Numbered from the stretch's first letter, positions 9,680-20,615 are shown. The stretch is DNA of 64,000 nt from Promethearchaeota archaeon (GCA_014728035.1 WJMJ01000079.1:1-64000); one strand, 5' to 3'. Numbers and translations are program-made. The notes: generated by a model not told the origin, from the sequence alone.

Positions 9680-10315
9680 TTACAAATGCACAATTGGAAC
9701 ATAAAGAGTTACATATGTGGCTGTTGTGATTATCATTCCTAAAGCTACTCCTCCAATCGCTTGAGGGAGCGAGTGCTGTTTGAGTTTTACCCGCGACCAG
9801 ACTACTAGTATCCAAAGAACAATGACAGGTAAGGCAATTAATCCATAATAGAATATGAGTGCTGTACCAGGACCTCCTACCCCAGCTCCATGAACTGATA
9901 TTTTCGATATTGTATTTGATAGAAGAACACCAGTTGTTACAGTTATGTAGGCTGCTGAAAGAATCCGCATAACATCGCATTGAAAGATTGCGTATACTAC
10001 ATATGATAAAACATAACAAAGTATAGCAAATATGAAAAATCCGTGACGATTTACCCTTTCTGAAACGTCCAAGTCTGTACTACCACGCATTGCTGAAAAG
10101 ATGATTGGGGAAACTGGCAAGATAACCATGAACACTAAGCAAATTATAATACTCCCGCTCGGGTCGAGGATTGGTCCTAATCCTATGGGTGATGTATAAG
10201 CAATAATAATTCCTACATAAAGATTGATTAATGGAGCAGGAGTTAATCTTGAGATTATTCGAGCTGCTTGAATATGTTCTCCTTCTAGACCGATTATTTG
10301 GTCATTATACTGCAT
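9680..10315 (-). CDS. PAP2-like membrane phosphoesterase
   Basis: Multi-TM protein with KISVH and SRVKLKQHS motifs (C2/C3-like). Confidence 0.65.
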   Translation of the reverse strand: MQYNDQIIGLEGEHIQAARIISRLTPAPLINLYVGIIIAYTSPIGLGPILDPSGSIIICLVFMVILPVSPIIFSAMRGSTDLDVSERVNRHGFFIFAILCYVLSYVVYAIFQCDVMRILSAAYITVTTGVLLSNTISKISVHGAGVGGPGTALIFYYGLIALPVIVLWILVVWSRVKLKQHSLPQAIGGVALGMIITTATYVTLYVPIVHL

Positions 10316-10471
10316 ATAATTCTCAATCCTGATTAAAGTGGTGTAGTATCTTATTATTTGACTCTACTATTTGTTTAAAATATCTACATTTCGTAGTAGG
10401 TGTTTGTTACAGCAAACCTTTTTTTATCCTTTCACCAGTGTTCTGAATAGACGGGGTTTACAATAGAACCC

Positions 10472-10798
10472 TTGGGGATGTGCAAAAACATGCCAGCGAT
10501 GCCAAAAAGAGAGATCTTCGAACAGATTATTCAGAATATCACAAGTAAATATCCTGACGTTTATGCTGCTTTATTCATTAGCCCCGAAGGATTCCCAATT
10601 AACAGCTGGGGTTTGTCAATGGAACGAGCTGAAGAAGTATCAGCACTGCTAAGTTCTTTAATTGGAAAAACAAAGGAAATTATTTTCCAGGTTAAAGAAG
10701 GAGCGGACATGCAATTTATTGATGTGCAAACAACTCAAGGGAGAATACGTATTGCTCCCCAACCAGAGTATATTTTGGTAACAATGGCACATGCATAG
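10472..10798 (+). CDS. Roadblock/LC7 domain protein
   Basis: AALFISPEGFPI...VSALLSSL...IDVQTTQGRIRI fits the roadblock pattern. The true start may be a later ATG. Confidence 0.8.
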   Translation: MGMCKNMPAMPKREIFEQIIQNITSKYPDVYAALFISPEGFPINSWGLSMERAEEVSALLSSLIGKTKEIIFQVKEGADMQFIDVQTTQGRIRIAPQPEYILVTMAHA

Positions 10799-10887
10799 AT
10801 TGTATAGAAATGGCATTTCCAATAGCCATCTCCAAACTCCTCAATATTTATAGAGAATCTTCGCATCATTTCTTATGGGGATGATAT

Positions 10888-11817
10888 TTGGTCGATATTG
10901 CCTTCTCTACAGCAGGACTTAGTAAACGATATGGACTTACGACTGCATTAGATGATATTGATACTGAGGCACCATTGCGTTCTGTTGGTCTTCTAGGGCC
11001 TAATGGAGCAGGAAAAACAACTTTAATTCGTATCTTATTAGGAATTATTACCCCCTCATCCGGATCATTCAACGTATTAGGTCTTGATGCAAAGGATTCT
11101 ATGAATGAGATTAGAGACCGAGTCGGTTATTCCCCTGAATTCTCTCCTATGATTCCAGATGTAAGTGCAATGAAATATGTTGCGTTTATGGGTCGTCTTT
11201 CAGGACTTCGTGGAGTTGAGGCTTCACAACGAGCTCATGATACACTTCATTATGTTGGTTTGGGAGAAGAACGATACAGACCTCTGCGTGAATTTAGCAC
11301 AGGTATGATGCAAAAATGCAAACTAGCAGCTGCTCTTGTTCATGATCCTGATTTCATCATTCTCGATGAACCAACTGATGGACTTGATCCTAAGGGGAGA
11401 AAGCAGATGCTCAATCTGATTAAGCGTCTTTACACCGAGGAAGAAAAGAGCATCATGGTTTCATCACACCTTCTTTTTGATGTTGAGAAGGTTTGTGATT
11501 ATGTTTTGGTTTTGGGCCAGGGAAAATTAATATCAGCGGGGAATATTTCCGACCTTTTGTTAGCTGACTCGGAAGTTTTACGAATTCGAGTCAAAGGCGA
11601 CATTAAGCTTTTTGCTGAACACCTTAGATCTAGAAATCTAGAAGTTACAATTGAGAATTCATTTGTCGACATTACTAGAGTGGAAAATGTAGAGATGATT
11701 GTACTTGAAGAGATTCACAAAGATCCTGAGATAAGTATCCGATATATGGGTCGAAAGAGTAAGTCTTTGGAGGATGTTTTTGTATCAATTGTAGATGGGA
11801 GAAGTGATATGGAATGA
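10888..11817 (+). CDS. ABC transporter ATP-binding protein
   Basis: Walker A GPNGAGKTT, signature FSTGM, Walker B ILDEP and H-loop SSH. Confidence 0.93.
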   Translation: MVDIAFSTAGLSKRYGLTTALDDIDTEAPLRSVGLLGPNGAGKTTLIRILLGIITPSSGSFNVLGLDAKDSMNEIRDRVGYSPEFSPMIPDVSAMKYVAFMGRLSGLRGVEASQRAHDTLHYVGLGEERYRPLREFSTGMMQKCKLAAALVHDPDFIILDEPTDGLDPKGRKQMLNLIKRLYTEEEKSIMVSSHLLFDVEKVCDYVLVLGQGKLISAGNISDLLLADSEVLRIRVKGDIKLFAEHLRSRNLEVTIENSFVDITRVENVEMIVLEEIHKDPEISIRYMGRKSKSLEDVFVSIVDGRSDME

Positions 11818-12803
11818 CTCAAGATGACCATGGCGAAGAAACTTATGTTCGCAAATTCGGATTCAGACGCTTTTCTGGAATTAGGCAGAACCGAATTTAC
11901 AGGGTATTTTCTGTATCATGGTTCAATCTGATTGAAGCCATTAAGCGTTCGGGTTTTACCAAAATGCTATTGATTTTCATGTTTTTCTCATTACTCATTC
12001 AAGATGTTATACTCATTCTATTCAGTTCATTTCTTCCTTTCGGACTATTTGGAGAACTGACTATTGAAGAATTGTTTCGTGGTGGTTACATCGATTCGGT
12101 TTTAGGGATGGTTTCGTTGACCAATCGAGTTACAAGTCCATTGACAAGTGCCCTTGGCTTCTTTACCTCTCTTACCACTGTGACAACTAGCTTCATCTGG
12201 TTACTTCTTCTTGCTCAGATTGGAGGTGGCTTAATTGCTGATGACCGGTTGTATATGACAACCGAGATGTATTTGTCAAGGATTTCAAGATTAGAATATA
12301 TTATTGGGAAATTAGGTAGTTTAGTAATTTTTTCGGCTTTGATTGTAGTGTTACCAGCTTTAATTCAATTCTTTTTGTTAGGAGGTGGATTAGGACTCAA
12401 TTTACTCCCTCACTTGGACCTGCTAGGTTGGGCTTTAGGATTTACAATCAGTGCAGCTATTTTTCTAAGCTTATTCGTTCTTTCTATATCAAGTCTTACG
12501 ACGAGAAGAAACTTTGCTAGTCTAGCCACTTTTATCTTCACCCTATCAATGTCGATTCTTCCCACTGCATTAGGTGGTGCCATTTCTACAACCTCGGTAT
12601 TCTTAGCTTTGGATTTCGTCGGGTGTCTTGCAATTCTATCTCTTGTTGTCCTTGGATTTGATTCTGTATTGGTAAATAATAGAACTATTGCACTTTTTGA
12701 TGGAAATGGATTTGAAGCAATTTTAGCAGTAATTAGTATATCTTTGGTTATTTGTGTTAGTCTACTGATTATTATCAACTTCTTGTTCAGGGAGGATAAC
12801 TGA
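11814..12803 (+). CDS. ABC-2 type permease
   Basis: Multi-TM with GGLIADD...YLSR...EYIIGK. ATGA overlap with the upstream ATPase. Confidence 0.85.
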   Translation: MTQDDHGEETYVRKFGFRRFSGIRQNRIYRVFSVSWFNLIEAIKRSGFTKMLLIFMFFSLLIQDVILILFSSFLPFGLFGELTIEELFRGGYIDSVLGMVSLTNRVTSPLTSALGFFTSLTTVTTSFIWLLLLAQIGGGLIADDRLYMTTEMYLSRISRLEYIIGKLGSLVIFSALIVVLPALIQFFLLGGGLGLNLLPHLDLLGWALGFTISAAIFLSLFVLSISSLTTRRNFASLATFIFTLSMSILPTALGGAISTTSVFLALDFVGCLAILSLVVLGFDSVLVNNRTIALFDGNGFEAILAVISISLVICVSLLIIINFLFREDN

Positions 12804-13747
12804 TGAATGTAATAGAACTTGAAGATGTTTCAAAAGCTTACGGTGAGATAGTCGCTATTAGTAGGTTTACTATGAGGGTAAAATCTGGCTCTATTACTGG
12901 CTTTGTGGGACCCAACGGTGCAGGGAAGTCCACAACGATTCGAATCATAACCGGATTAGCGCGACCAGACGAAGGTACGATAAGAATCTTTGGAGAGGAT
13001 CCATATGATAATCCTGGTGTGAAATCGCGTATTGGTTTTGTTTCAGAACATGATGACCTCTATCCTTGGGCTAGAGTTAAAGAATCTGTTAGTCTTCTAG
13101 CTCGCTTGTCACAACCTTTGAAAAGGGAGATTTCTTCAGACATTGATTGGGCAATATCTGCCGTTGGAATGCACAAATTCAAAGAACGTCCCGTTTCACA
13201 GCTATCAAAAGGAATGCGGCAAAGAGTAAAAATTGCAGCTGCCCTAGTCCATCATCCAGAACTCTTAGTTCTTGATGAACCAATGGGTGGTCTTGATCCT
13301 TTGGGTAGGAAAACTGTAATGGATTTACTTAAACGTTTGAACAAAGACGAGCAAGTTTCTATTCTGGTTTCAAGCCATGTTCTTGAGGAGCTAGAATATT
13401 TTGTGAATCGTCTAACTTTAATTCATAGAGGACAAGCTTTAGCAGAAGGAGCACCCGATCAGATTCGTAGTTTTATTTTCTCTTACCCTCATGAAATTAC
13501 GTATTCAGCTAAGGAATCAGATATGAGTGAGATAAATAGTCAAGTTATTACGAAATCTGACATAGTTAGAACGATGTCGTTGAACCGATTAGAAGATGAT
13601 ATAATGGAGTGCAAAGTTATCACATCAAATCCAGAAGAATTCTATGATGAATTAATTAGAATCGCTGTTGAGTTGAAAGCTCCAATACTGTCAATTGATA
13701 CTGAATCCGAAAGTGTAGAAAAGCTCTTTGAATTTCTTGTTTCTTAG
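12803..13747 (+). CDS. ABC transporter ATP-binding protein
   Basis: Motifs GPNGAGKST, LSKGM, VLDEP and SSH. Confidence 0.93.
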   Translation: MNVIELEDVSKAYGEIVAISRFTMRVKSGSITGFVGPNGAGKSTTIRIITGLARPDEGTIRIFGEDPYDNPGVKSRIGFVSEHDDLYPWARVKESVSLLARLSQPLKREISSDIDWAISAVGMHKFKERPVSQLSKGMRQRVKIAAALVHHPELLVLDEPMGGLDPLGRKTVMDLLKRLNKDEQVSILVSSHVLEELEYFVNRLTLIHRGQALAEGAPDQIRSFIFSYPHEITYSAKESDMSEINSQVITKSDIVRTMSLNRLEDDIMECKVITSNPEEFYDELIRIAVELKAPILSIDTESESVEKLFEFLVS

Positions 13748-13760
13748 TGGAGGAAGAATA

Positions 13761-14582
13761 TTGGTCGAATCAGATACAAGTTTTATAGAAAACCAGTCTT
13801 TCATTGATAAGGGGAAACAAGTCATTGCTAGGGGATTCATTTTGGTTTTCACATTCATGAAGAGCTTTATGAAAGATCGGAAGAGTCAAATTCTTATCTT
13901 ATTGGGAATCGCACCATCGATTCTTCTAATATTAATGGATATCAGTTTTCCTAGTTATTACGTTGCTGCTATTTTCTTTACAGATACTGTACAAACATTG
14001 TATATCGCGCTACTATTACCGTTGTTCGGATTATTATTGGGGACAGCAGCCTTATCGGAAGAGATTGAATCTCATACGATTGTTCAACTGGTAAGCCGCC
14101 CTATTCGCAGATTTGAACTAGTCTTCTGGAGATATTTTTCTACCGTCATCGCAAGTTTGCTAGTTGCAATTATTTCCCTAAGTTTCCTTTTCGTTGCTAC
14201 TGGTAGTTGTGTCCTTCCAGATGGAAGTTTACATAGTAACTGGGGATTACATTTACTTCCAGGAAGCTGGTTGCTTTCATTGATATGTAGTGCTGTTTAT
14301 TGTGCAATCTTCTCTTTGTTGGGAGTCGCTCTAGAAAAGCCTCTATTTTGGGGGGTAGTTATAACATTATACGAACAATTGTTGGGTGTTATTTTTTCAT
14401 TCTTTGGAGGGGGTTTATTTTCACTCAGTGGACACATTTTTCTCGTAGGAGAAGATTTGCTTCCTTATGTCTATTCAATCCCTGATTGGTCAGTTGAAGG
14501 ATCTGTTGCTTTGTTGTTGATTATTTCTCTGGTATCATTCATACTATCAGTAATCATCTTTCAGGAAAAGGATTTGTCTTGA
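13761..14582 (+). CDS. ABC-2 type permease
   Basis: Multi-TM with SEEIESHT...SRPIRR. Start placed at TTG 13761 after GGAGG; the ORF track start is 13728. Confidence 0.82.
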   Translation: MVESDTSFIENQSFIDKGKQVIARGFILVFTFMKSFMKDRKSQILILLGIAPSILLILMDISFPSYYVAAIFFTDTVQTLYIALLLPLFGLLLGTAALSEEIESHTIVQLVSRPIRRFELVFWRYFSTVIASLLVAIISLSFLFVATGSCVLPDGSLHSNWGLHLLPGSWLLSLICSAVYCAIFSLLGVALEKPLFWGVVITLYEQLLGVIFSFFGGGLFSLSGHIFLVGEDLLPYVYSIPDWSVEGSVALLLIISLVSFILSVIIFQEKDLS

Positions 14583-14720
14583 TAGTAGCTGGAGATAGAT
14601 AACTATATCATCAAAACACTCGGATTCTTCCTTAGTGTCATTTTTATATCTTTGAATATCACTAAAATATGCCTTAGGCATGGTAAGAAGTGAGCGATAA
14701 TCCATGCAAAGAGGGAGGTC

Positions 14721-15752
14721 TTGAAGATTTCACCGAAAAAAGATGAATCCGACGATGAAGTTGATTATGAGGATTTTGAAGAAGAAGAAGAGGAAGATGA
14801 GGAAGAAGAACTACCAGATTTCGAAATAACTGATTTGCCTGGTGTTGGTCCAGCTATAGGAAAACGCCTTAGTGAAGCAGGATTCAAGACAGTTGAAGCT
14901 GTTGCCGTCGCATCCCCTGGTGAGCTGGCTGCAGCAGGGTCAATTGGAGAAACTACTGCAACTAAAATTATCAAAGCAGCTCGTGAGATGCTCGATATTG
15001 GATTCGAAACTGCAGACCTCCTATTAGATAGACGAAGGAACGCAGGAAGAATTTCTACTGGTGCAAAGTCCCTTGATGACTTATTAGGTGGTGGTATCGA
15101 AACTCAATGCATTACTGAGATGTATGGATCATTTCGATCTGGAAAGACTCAGCTTGCTCATCAATTAGCCCTCAATGTGCAACGTCCTCCAGAAGATGGT
15201 GGATTAGGAGCAACTGCGATTTATGTTGACACTGAAGGTACATTTCGACCTGAACGTCTTGTGGATATGGCTGAAGCTGTTGGTATGGATGTGGCAAAAG
15301 TATTGAAAAATGTAATCTATGCTCGAGCCTATAATTCAGACCATCAGATTTTACTATGTGATCAGGCAATGGAGATGGCTCCCGAAAGAAATGCTAAACT
15401 TCTGGTCGTGGACTCTGTCATGAGCCATTTCCGAGCAGAATATACTGGAAGAGGAACACTTGCTGCTAGACAACAGAAATTGAATAAGCATCTACACCAT
15501 CTGCAAAGAGGTGCAGAAATCAACAATCTTGCAGTATATATTACTAATCAGGTAATGTCCAAACCAGATGCATTCTTTGGAGACCCTACTGCTCCTGTTG
15601 GCGGTCATGTATTAGCACATGTTCCACAGACTCGTTGTTATTTGAGAAAATCAAAAGGCGAACGCAGAATATGTCGTTTAGTTGATTCACCAAATCTCCC
15701 AGAAGGAGAGGCAGTATTCTCAATCCTCAAAGAAGGAATACGTGACGTATAA
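14721..15752 (+). CDS. radA: DNA repair and recombination protein RadA
   Basis: N-terminal HhH domain, GFETA polymerisation motif, Walker [27 protein letters not shown] and GGHVLAH. Confidence 0.97.
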   Translation: MKISPKKDESDDEVDYEDFEEEEEEDEEEELPDFEITDLPGVGPAIGKRLSEAGFKTVEAVAVASPGELAAAGSIGETTATKIIKAAREMLDIGFETADLLLDRRRNAGRISTGAKSLDDLLGGGIETQCITEMYGSFRSGKTQLAHQLALNVQRPPEDGGLGATAIYVDTEGTFRPERLVDMAEAVGMDVAKVLKNVIYARAYNSDHQILLCDQAMEMAPERNAKLLVVDSVMSHFRAEYTGRGTLAARQQKLNKHLHHLQRGAEINNLAVYITNQVMSKPDAFFGDPTAPVGGHVLAHVPQTRCYLRKSKGERRICRLVDSPNLPEGEAVFSILKEGIRDV

Positions 15753-15756
15753 GATT

Positions 15757-15797
15757 GATTGACCGGGAATCAACCCGGCTCAGTCTTCTTTTTATTT
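15757..15797 (+). terminator. Hairpin plus T-tract between the convergent radA and GGR genes
   Basis: gattga-ccggg pairs with cccgg-c-tcagtc, followed by ttctttttattt. Confidence 0.55.
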
Positions 15798-17144
15798 GAA
15801 ATCAGCAGATTGAACTATTTCTAATACTCGGTTATTCCACTGTTCTAGACCTTCTGGATTCGAAGGATATTCTCTGTAAACCTTAGACATTTCTTTCATC
15901 AGTGAAGCTGCTCGCTGCAATTTTCTAAGAAGTCTAATATTACCAATTCCTCTTTTTACTCTCTTCAATTTTTCGAACATACTAAAAGACAAACCGTCAC
16001 CACGATTGGCAGCCATGAGATCATCAGCCTCTAAGAGTCTTTTCTCAAAACCAAAATTCATCTCTTCGTCTGATACATCTTGTAATAGTCTCTTGAATAT
16101 TTCTAGAGAAGCAAGTCTCTGTCCAAAGCCTGATTGAAATCTTAGGTTGTAATGCCAAAGACCCTTTGCAGTGAGTTCTCGTCTGGCAATCGCACGTTTT
16201 GCTACTTCCCCAAGAATAATCCCTGCTCTCATACCAGCTCCAATTCCGCCTCCATGAATTGGATTAACCTGTAGAGCACTATCCCCAACAAAAGCAATTC
16301 CATTTGCAACAAGACTCTTTAGTGGTCTACGAACAGGTACTGCTCCACCTCCTGCTTCAAGTACTTCACAATCAGCTAGGAGTGGATATTCATCCTTGAA
16401 TCTGAAGTAGTATGGTTTTGGAGACCCTTTTCCTTCTCCGCCAGTAATACCAACTCCAACATTTACTTCCTGCAACCCCTTTGGGAATACCCACGCATAT
16501 CCAGAGGGAGCATATTTGCCTCCAAGAAATACACCTGCAATTTCAGGTTCATCCATAGGTGATTTGAGTTTGACAATTTCACGGTAACATAGAGCTACAT
16601 CAGATTTCTCGATTTTCTTCTCTATGAGGTCTGAGTCGATTTTTCTCTTGATGACACCTGCAAATCCACTAGCATCGATAACTAATTTACAGTCTATTTT
16701 CTTCTCCTCTTTTTCATCGAGTTCCTTGTACTCTATGCCAACAACTTGGTCACCTCGCATCATTGGCATTGTTGCGTGACAGTCGGAAAGAAACTCTACA
16801 CCTGCTCGCATGGCATCATTTAGTAGTCTTTGTCCAAAATTTAAACGATGAACAGTCCAACCATCAAAATCAGTCCACCCTCTTACTCTTAGTTCGTTGT
16901 CAAGGCTTGGAGGATATACGTCTGCACCATCAATACTTGATGAAATCTCATCCAATTCTGGGTAATCTATACCAGTCGCATCGAAATGTGATTTACTTAT
17001 CTCATCCCCACATACTTTTTGCCCTACCAAAAATCTGGGCTTTCTGTCCATGAGAACTGTTCTTAATCCCATTTCTGCACATCTTCTTGCAGTAACTGAT
17101 CCTGCTGATCCTGCTCCAATTACAACTACATCGGCTTTTTTCAA
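15792..17144 (-). CDS. Geranylgeranyl reductase family (digeranylgeranylglycerophospholipid reductase-like)
   Basis: Motifs GAGSAG, KVCG, IDASG, PSGYAWVFP and VGDSALQVNPIHGGGI. Confidence 0.9.
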   Translation of the reverse strand: MKKADVVVIGAGSAGSVTARRCAEMGLRTVLMDRKPRFLVGQKVCGDEISKSHFDATGIDYPELDEISSSIDGADVYPPSLDNELRVRGWTDFDGWTVHRLNFGQRLLNDAMRAGVEFLSDCHATMPMMRGDQVVGIEYKELDEKEEKKIDCKLVIDASGFAGVIKRKIDSDLIEKKIEKSDVALCYREIVKLKSPMDEPEIAGVFLGGKYAPSGYAWVFPKGLQEVNVGVGITGGEGKGSPKPYYFRFKDEYPLLADCEVLEAGGGAVPVRRPLKSLVANGIAFVGDSALQVNPIHGGGIGAGMRAGIILGEVAKRAIARRELTAKGLWHYNLRFQSGFGQRLASLEIFKRLLQDVSDEEMNFGFEKRLLEADDLMAANRGDGLSFSMFEKLKRVKRGIGNIRLLRKLQRAASLMKEMSKVYREYPSNPEGLEQWNNRVLEIVQSADFK

Positions 17145-17255
17145 GGTGGGTCAATCTTTGATTGAACTTCTCCAATATAAACTCAAGTGTAGTTTGGTGT
17201 GTCTTTCCAGTCGCAACTATTATCAATGAACTAATTTGGCTGATGTTGTGATTGT

Positions 17256-18566
17256 ATGAACTCGTTAGTAGTAACAGGTCTCCAATGGGGCGATGAAGGA
17301 AAAGGTAAGATTGTTGATTTTTTATCTGACCGTTTTGATATTGTTGCACGCTTCCAAGGTGGCAGTAATGCTGGACATACTGTCATAGTTGGTGATGAAG
17401 TCTTCAAATTTCGTCTTATGCCTACTGGTGCTGTTAGGGGAAAGAAAGCTGTCATTGGTAATGGAGTAGTACTTGATTTAGAGGTATTAGACAAAGAATT
17501 CGATAGTCTTAGAGGAGCTGGAATTACACCTGACCTCCGTATCAGTAATAGAGCACATATAATTACGCCTTATCACATTCAGATTGATGCTTTGCAAGAA
17601 GAATTGAAGGGTTCTGACAAGGTTGGTACTACTAAGCGTGGAATTGGTCCTACATATTCTGATAAAATATCTCGAACTGGTATTCGTGTACAGGACCTTT
17701 TGGATGCAACCGAAACTAATACTTGGGAACGTTTTATCAAGCACACAAAGCATCGCTTGAAGAGCTTTTCATCATCTGATCTTTCAGTTTCTCAAGAAGA
17801 TGCATTTGAATCTTTAAAATTACTTATGGAAAAATACGCATCATATGTATGTGACACGGGTCATTTTATATCTGAAGCATTGACCTCCGGAAAGAGCATT
17901 CTTTTTGAAGGTGCTCAAGGTACACTACTTGATATTGACCATGGAACTTATCCTTTTGTAACCAGTTCCAATTGTATATCTGCTGCTGCTGCAATTGGCA
18001 GTGGCATATCGTACAAGTCACTGGGATTCGCGCTAGGAATTTGCAAAGCATATACTACTAGGGTTGGTGCAGGCCCCTTCCCGTCTGAACTTGATGATGA
18101 AATAGGAATAACTATGCTTGAACGTGGTGGTGAATATGGTACAGTAACAGGTCGGGCAAGACGGTGTGGTTGGCTTGACTTGGTTGCATTAAAATATGCT
18201 ATTCGAATCAATGGCACTGAATTTCTCGCTTTGACTAAGATTGATGTTCTATCTGAAATTGACACACTCAAACTATGTGTTGGATATGAAATTGATGGGT
18301 GTGAATTAGACACATTTCCAGCAAGCACTTATCAATTACAAAAGGTTAGACCCATCTATCGTGAGTTCTCTGGTTGGGGGCCAATGAAAACTGATGATTG
18401 GGACTTGATGAAATCACATGGTATCAGTATGCTTCCTAAAGAAACTCAAAGATACATAACCTTCATTGAGAAGTATACAGAAACCACCATTGGGATTATT
18501 TCGTATGGCCCTGATCGTAGTGAGACTGTAATCCTCAATGATGATTATCTTCCTAAATATGCCTGA
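17256..18566 (+). CDS. purA: Adenylosuccinate synthetase
   Basis: QWGDEGKGK, GGSNAGHT, GTTKRGIGP, EGAQG, GTYPFVTSS and TGRARRCGWLD. Confidence 0.97.
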   Translation: MNSLVVTGLQWGDEGKGKIVDFLSDRFDIVARFQGGSNAGHTVIVGDEVFKFRLMPTGAVRGKKAVIGNGVVLDLEVLDKEFDSLRGAGITPDLRISNRAHIITPYHIQIDALQEELKGSDKVGTTKRGIGPTYSDKISRTGIRVQDLLDATETNTWERFIKHTKHRLKSFSSSDLSVSQEDAFESLKLLMEKYASYVCDTGHFISEALTSGKSILFEGAQGTLLDIDHGTYPFVTSSNCISAAAAIGSGISYKSLGFALGICKAYTTRVGAGPFPSELDDEIGITMLERGGEYGTVTGRARRCGWLDLVALKYAIRINGTEFLALTKIDVLSEIDTLKLCVGYEIDGCELDTFPASTYQLQKVRPIYREFSGWGPMKTDDWDLMKSHGISMLPKETQRYITFIEKYTETTIGIISYGPDRSETVILNDDYLPKYA

Positions 18567-19119
18567 ACTCCATAATAACGATTGATATTATGATAAACAA
18601 AAGAATGATTCCAATGAAGGGTGGCATCCAGTTCAGAAAGATTCCAAAATATTGAGTAATTATCTGTGGAGTAAGTACTACTGCGATGAGATGTGCATAT
18701 ACTGCAAAGAATCCATATATTGCAAAGATTGGATAAATGAGAGGCCCACCTCCAATTACAAGAAGCAATATAATCACTGCCAATTTGCTCTTTGTTGGAT
18801 CTAACAATGGAATTGGTATTGCATCTTCATCGTCAATCCGAAAGTAGTAATATGGTAGAAATGTCGGCATTCTTATTCTTATCAATTCCAATATCTGTAT
18901 TCCTAGTTGAACTGAGAGAAGAATTAGAGTGTGCCCAATCATGTATCCAAGGATGAATAGATTAAGAAAGGGAATGTTATCAAACGGAACTTGGAGACTC
19001 TCTATAACCCCTACTAATACGCAAAAATTGATGAAAAAAAGAGTAATATGTCCTAGAAATCCTTTCAGTATCTGATTTGTAGTAGCCATTTGATTCAATC
19101 CCTGCTGGCTTTCATTCAT
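18553..19119 (-). CDS. Hypothetical integral membrane protein
   Basis: About four hydrophobic segments. Its start overlaps the GTPase stop (ATGA). Confidence 0.75.
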   Translation of the reverse strand: MNESQQGLNQMATTNQILKGFLGHITLFFINFCVLVGVIESLQVPFDNIPFLNLFILGYMIGHTLILLSVQLGIQILELIRIRMPTFLPYYYFRIDDEDAIPIPLLDPTKSKLAVIILLLVIGGGPLIYPIFAIYGFFAVYAHLIAVVLTPQIITQYFGIFLNWMPPFIGIILLFIIISIVIMEFRHI

Positions 19120-19703
19120 GTCATCTTAAAGGGTTTTGATGAAGAACTTCTAGAATCAATACCAAGCTGTTTCTGTTTTTCAATGGTTCTACTTACCAAA
19201 TCAGTGAAAAGTTCTGTAATGTTTTCTCCCGTTTTTGCTGATGTTTCATAATGTTTAACGCCAAGCCAATTACTAATCATTTCTCCGGCTTCTGGTGGCA
19301 CTAATCTGTCTGACCTATCTATCTTATTAGCTACAACTGATACAGCAGCATTGGGACAGACTGTAATAAACTTTGTATACCATTCTCCCAAATCAAGAAA
19401 AGTTTGGGGCCGAGTTACATCATAGACAATTATTGCCATTGTTGCACCAGCCATATACCTTCTACGCAATTCATTATAGGTGGGTTGACCAGCGAGATCC
19501 CAGAGAACAATTCTAGCAGACACTCTGCTTCCATCGGGCATTTCAACATCTACATTCTTTACAGCAAAAGTGGTTCCGATGGTCATAATGTACCGTTCAC
19601 TGAAACTATCTTCTGTATATCGCTTGATACAGGATGTCTTGCCTACAGCACCATCTCCAAGAGCTACTAGTTTGAACATGTGGGAGATTTGTTCTGTTGA
19701 CAC
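19116..19703 (-). CDS. Rab-like small GTPase
   Basis: G1 GDGAVGKT, G2 TIG, G3 WDLAGQ, G4 NKID and G5 ETSAK. Confidence 0.93.
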   Translation of the reverse strand: MSTEQISHMFKLVALGDGAVGKTSCIKRYTEDSFSERYIMTIGTTFAVKNVDVEMPDGSRVSARIVLWDLAGQPTYNELRRRYMAGATMAIIVYDVTRPQTFLDLGEWYTKFITVCPNAAVSVVANKIDRSDRLVPPEAGEMISNWLGVKHYETSAKTGENITELFTDLVSRTIEKQKQLGIDSRSSSSKPFKMT

Positions 19704-19925
19704 GGCAGATTCATCCTAGACTGGTTCAAGTTATTAGAGTTGCAACCAACATTTAATCATTCTGGATAATGTATAAATGATATATGAATATTCATTGCTT
19801 GTGCATAACTATTGCAATTGCTAATGAATTACACTGTTTGAGCGAATTTGAGAGTTAAAGCACCAAAGGCTTTTCTTGACGGTTTGCTACCTCATCTTGA
19901 GTATAGGTATTATTGGTGATGAATT

Positions 19926-20588
19926 ATGGCTGAAGAATTTCTGGGTCGTTTAACTGAAATTGAAAAGAGTATCCAAGGGCTTGGAGAAACGCTGAAAAGA
20001 ATGGTAACAATCCTTACTACTGTTACAGAGGTCAAGTCTGAATTAAGAGTTGCAAAAACTGAGATTATTGACGCAATAAATTCTAGTGCTACTAGTGTTA
20101 CTCCCCCTCCATCTACCGAAACCATCAGTAGTGAAGATATAGCACAAACTGTGAAGGGTGAATTCGAAGAACTTTACACATTCATTGAAACTTCTATCAA
20201 GAGTATGAAGGAGGAGATAATGGAAGAAATAGACAATCTACCTACTCCCGCTCCTGCCCCTACTGTTACTTCTGAGGCAAGCAGCATCCCAGCACAAACT
20301 CCAGCTGGCGTTAGTACTCCGCCAGATAAAGCAATGAAAATTGCTGATTTACTTGATGATATTATTGGATCATTGAAGATGGGCTGTGTTGCAGGAGAAG
20401 TATTAGAACTCATGAATGAAACCAAGGGGGAAATCCAGAAGCTTGTTGAAAGCGATCCAATTACCGTGAAAATTGACAAGTGGGCTGGCATCGTCAGTAG
20501 TTATAGCAAAAGACATGAAGTTAAAGCTAGAGATGTATTGGCTATAAAGAAAGAGCTCCGTGAGGAAATTAAGAAATATCGTCCGTAG
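19926..20588 (+). CDS. Hypothetical protein (coiled coil, Pro/Thr linkers, C-terminal helical bundle)
   Basis: GGTGA upstream of the ATG, a heptad-rich N-terminus and a PTPAPAPT linker. Confidence 0.75.
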   Translation: MAEEFLGRLTEIEKSIQGLGETLKRMVTILTTVTEVKSELRVAKTEIIDAINSSATSVTPPPSTETISSEDIAQTVKGEFEELYTFIETSIKSMKEEIMEEIDNLPTPAPAPTVTSEASSIPAQTPAGVSTPPDKAMKIADLLDDIIGSLKMGCVAGEVLELMNETKGEIQKLVESDPITVKIDKWAGIVSSYSKRHEVKARDVLAIKKELREEIKKYRP

Positions 20589-20615
20589 TCAATTTATCCC
20601 ATAATGTACTCTTAT

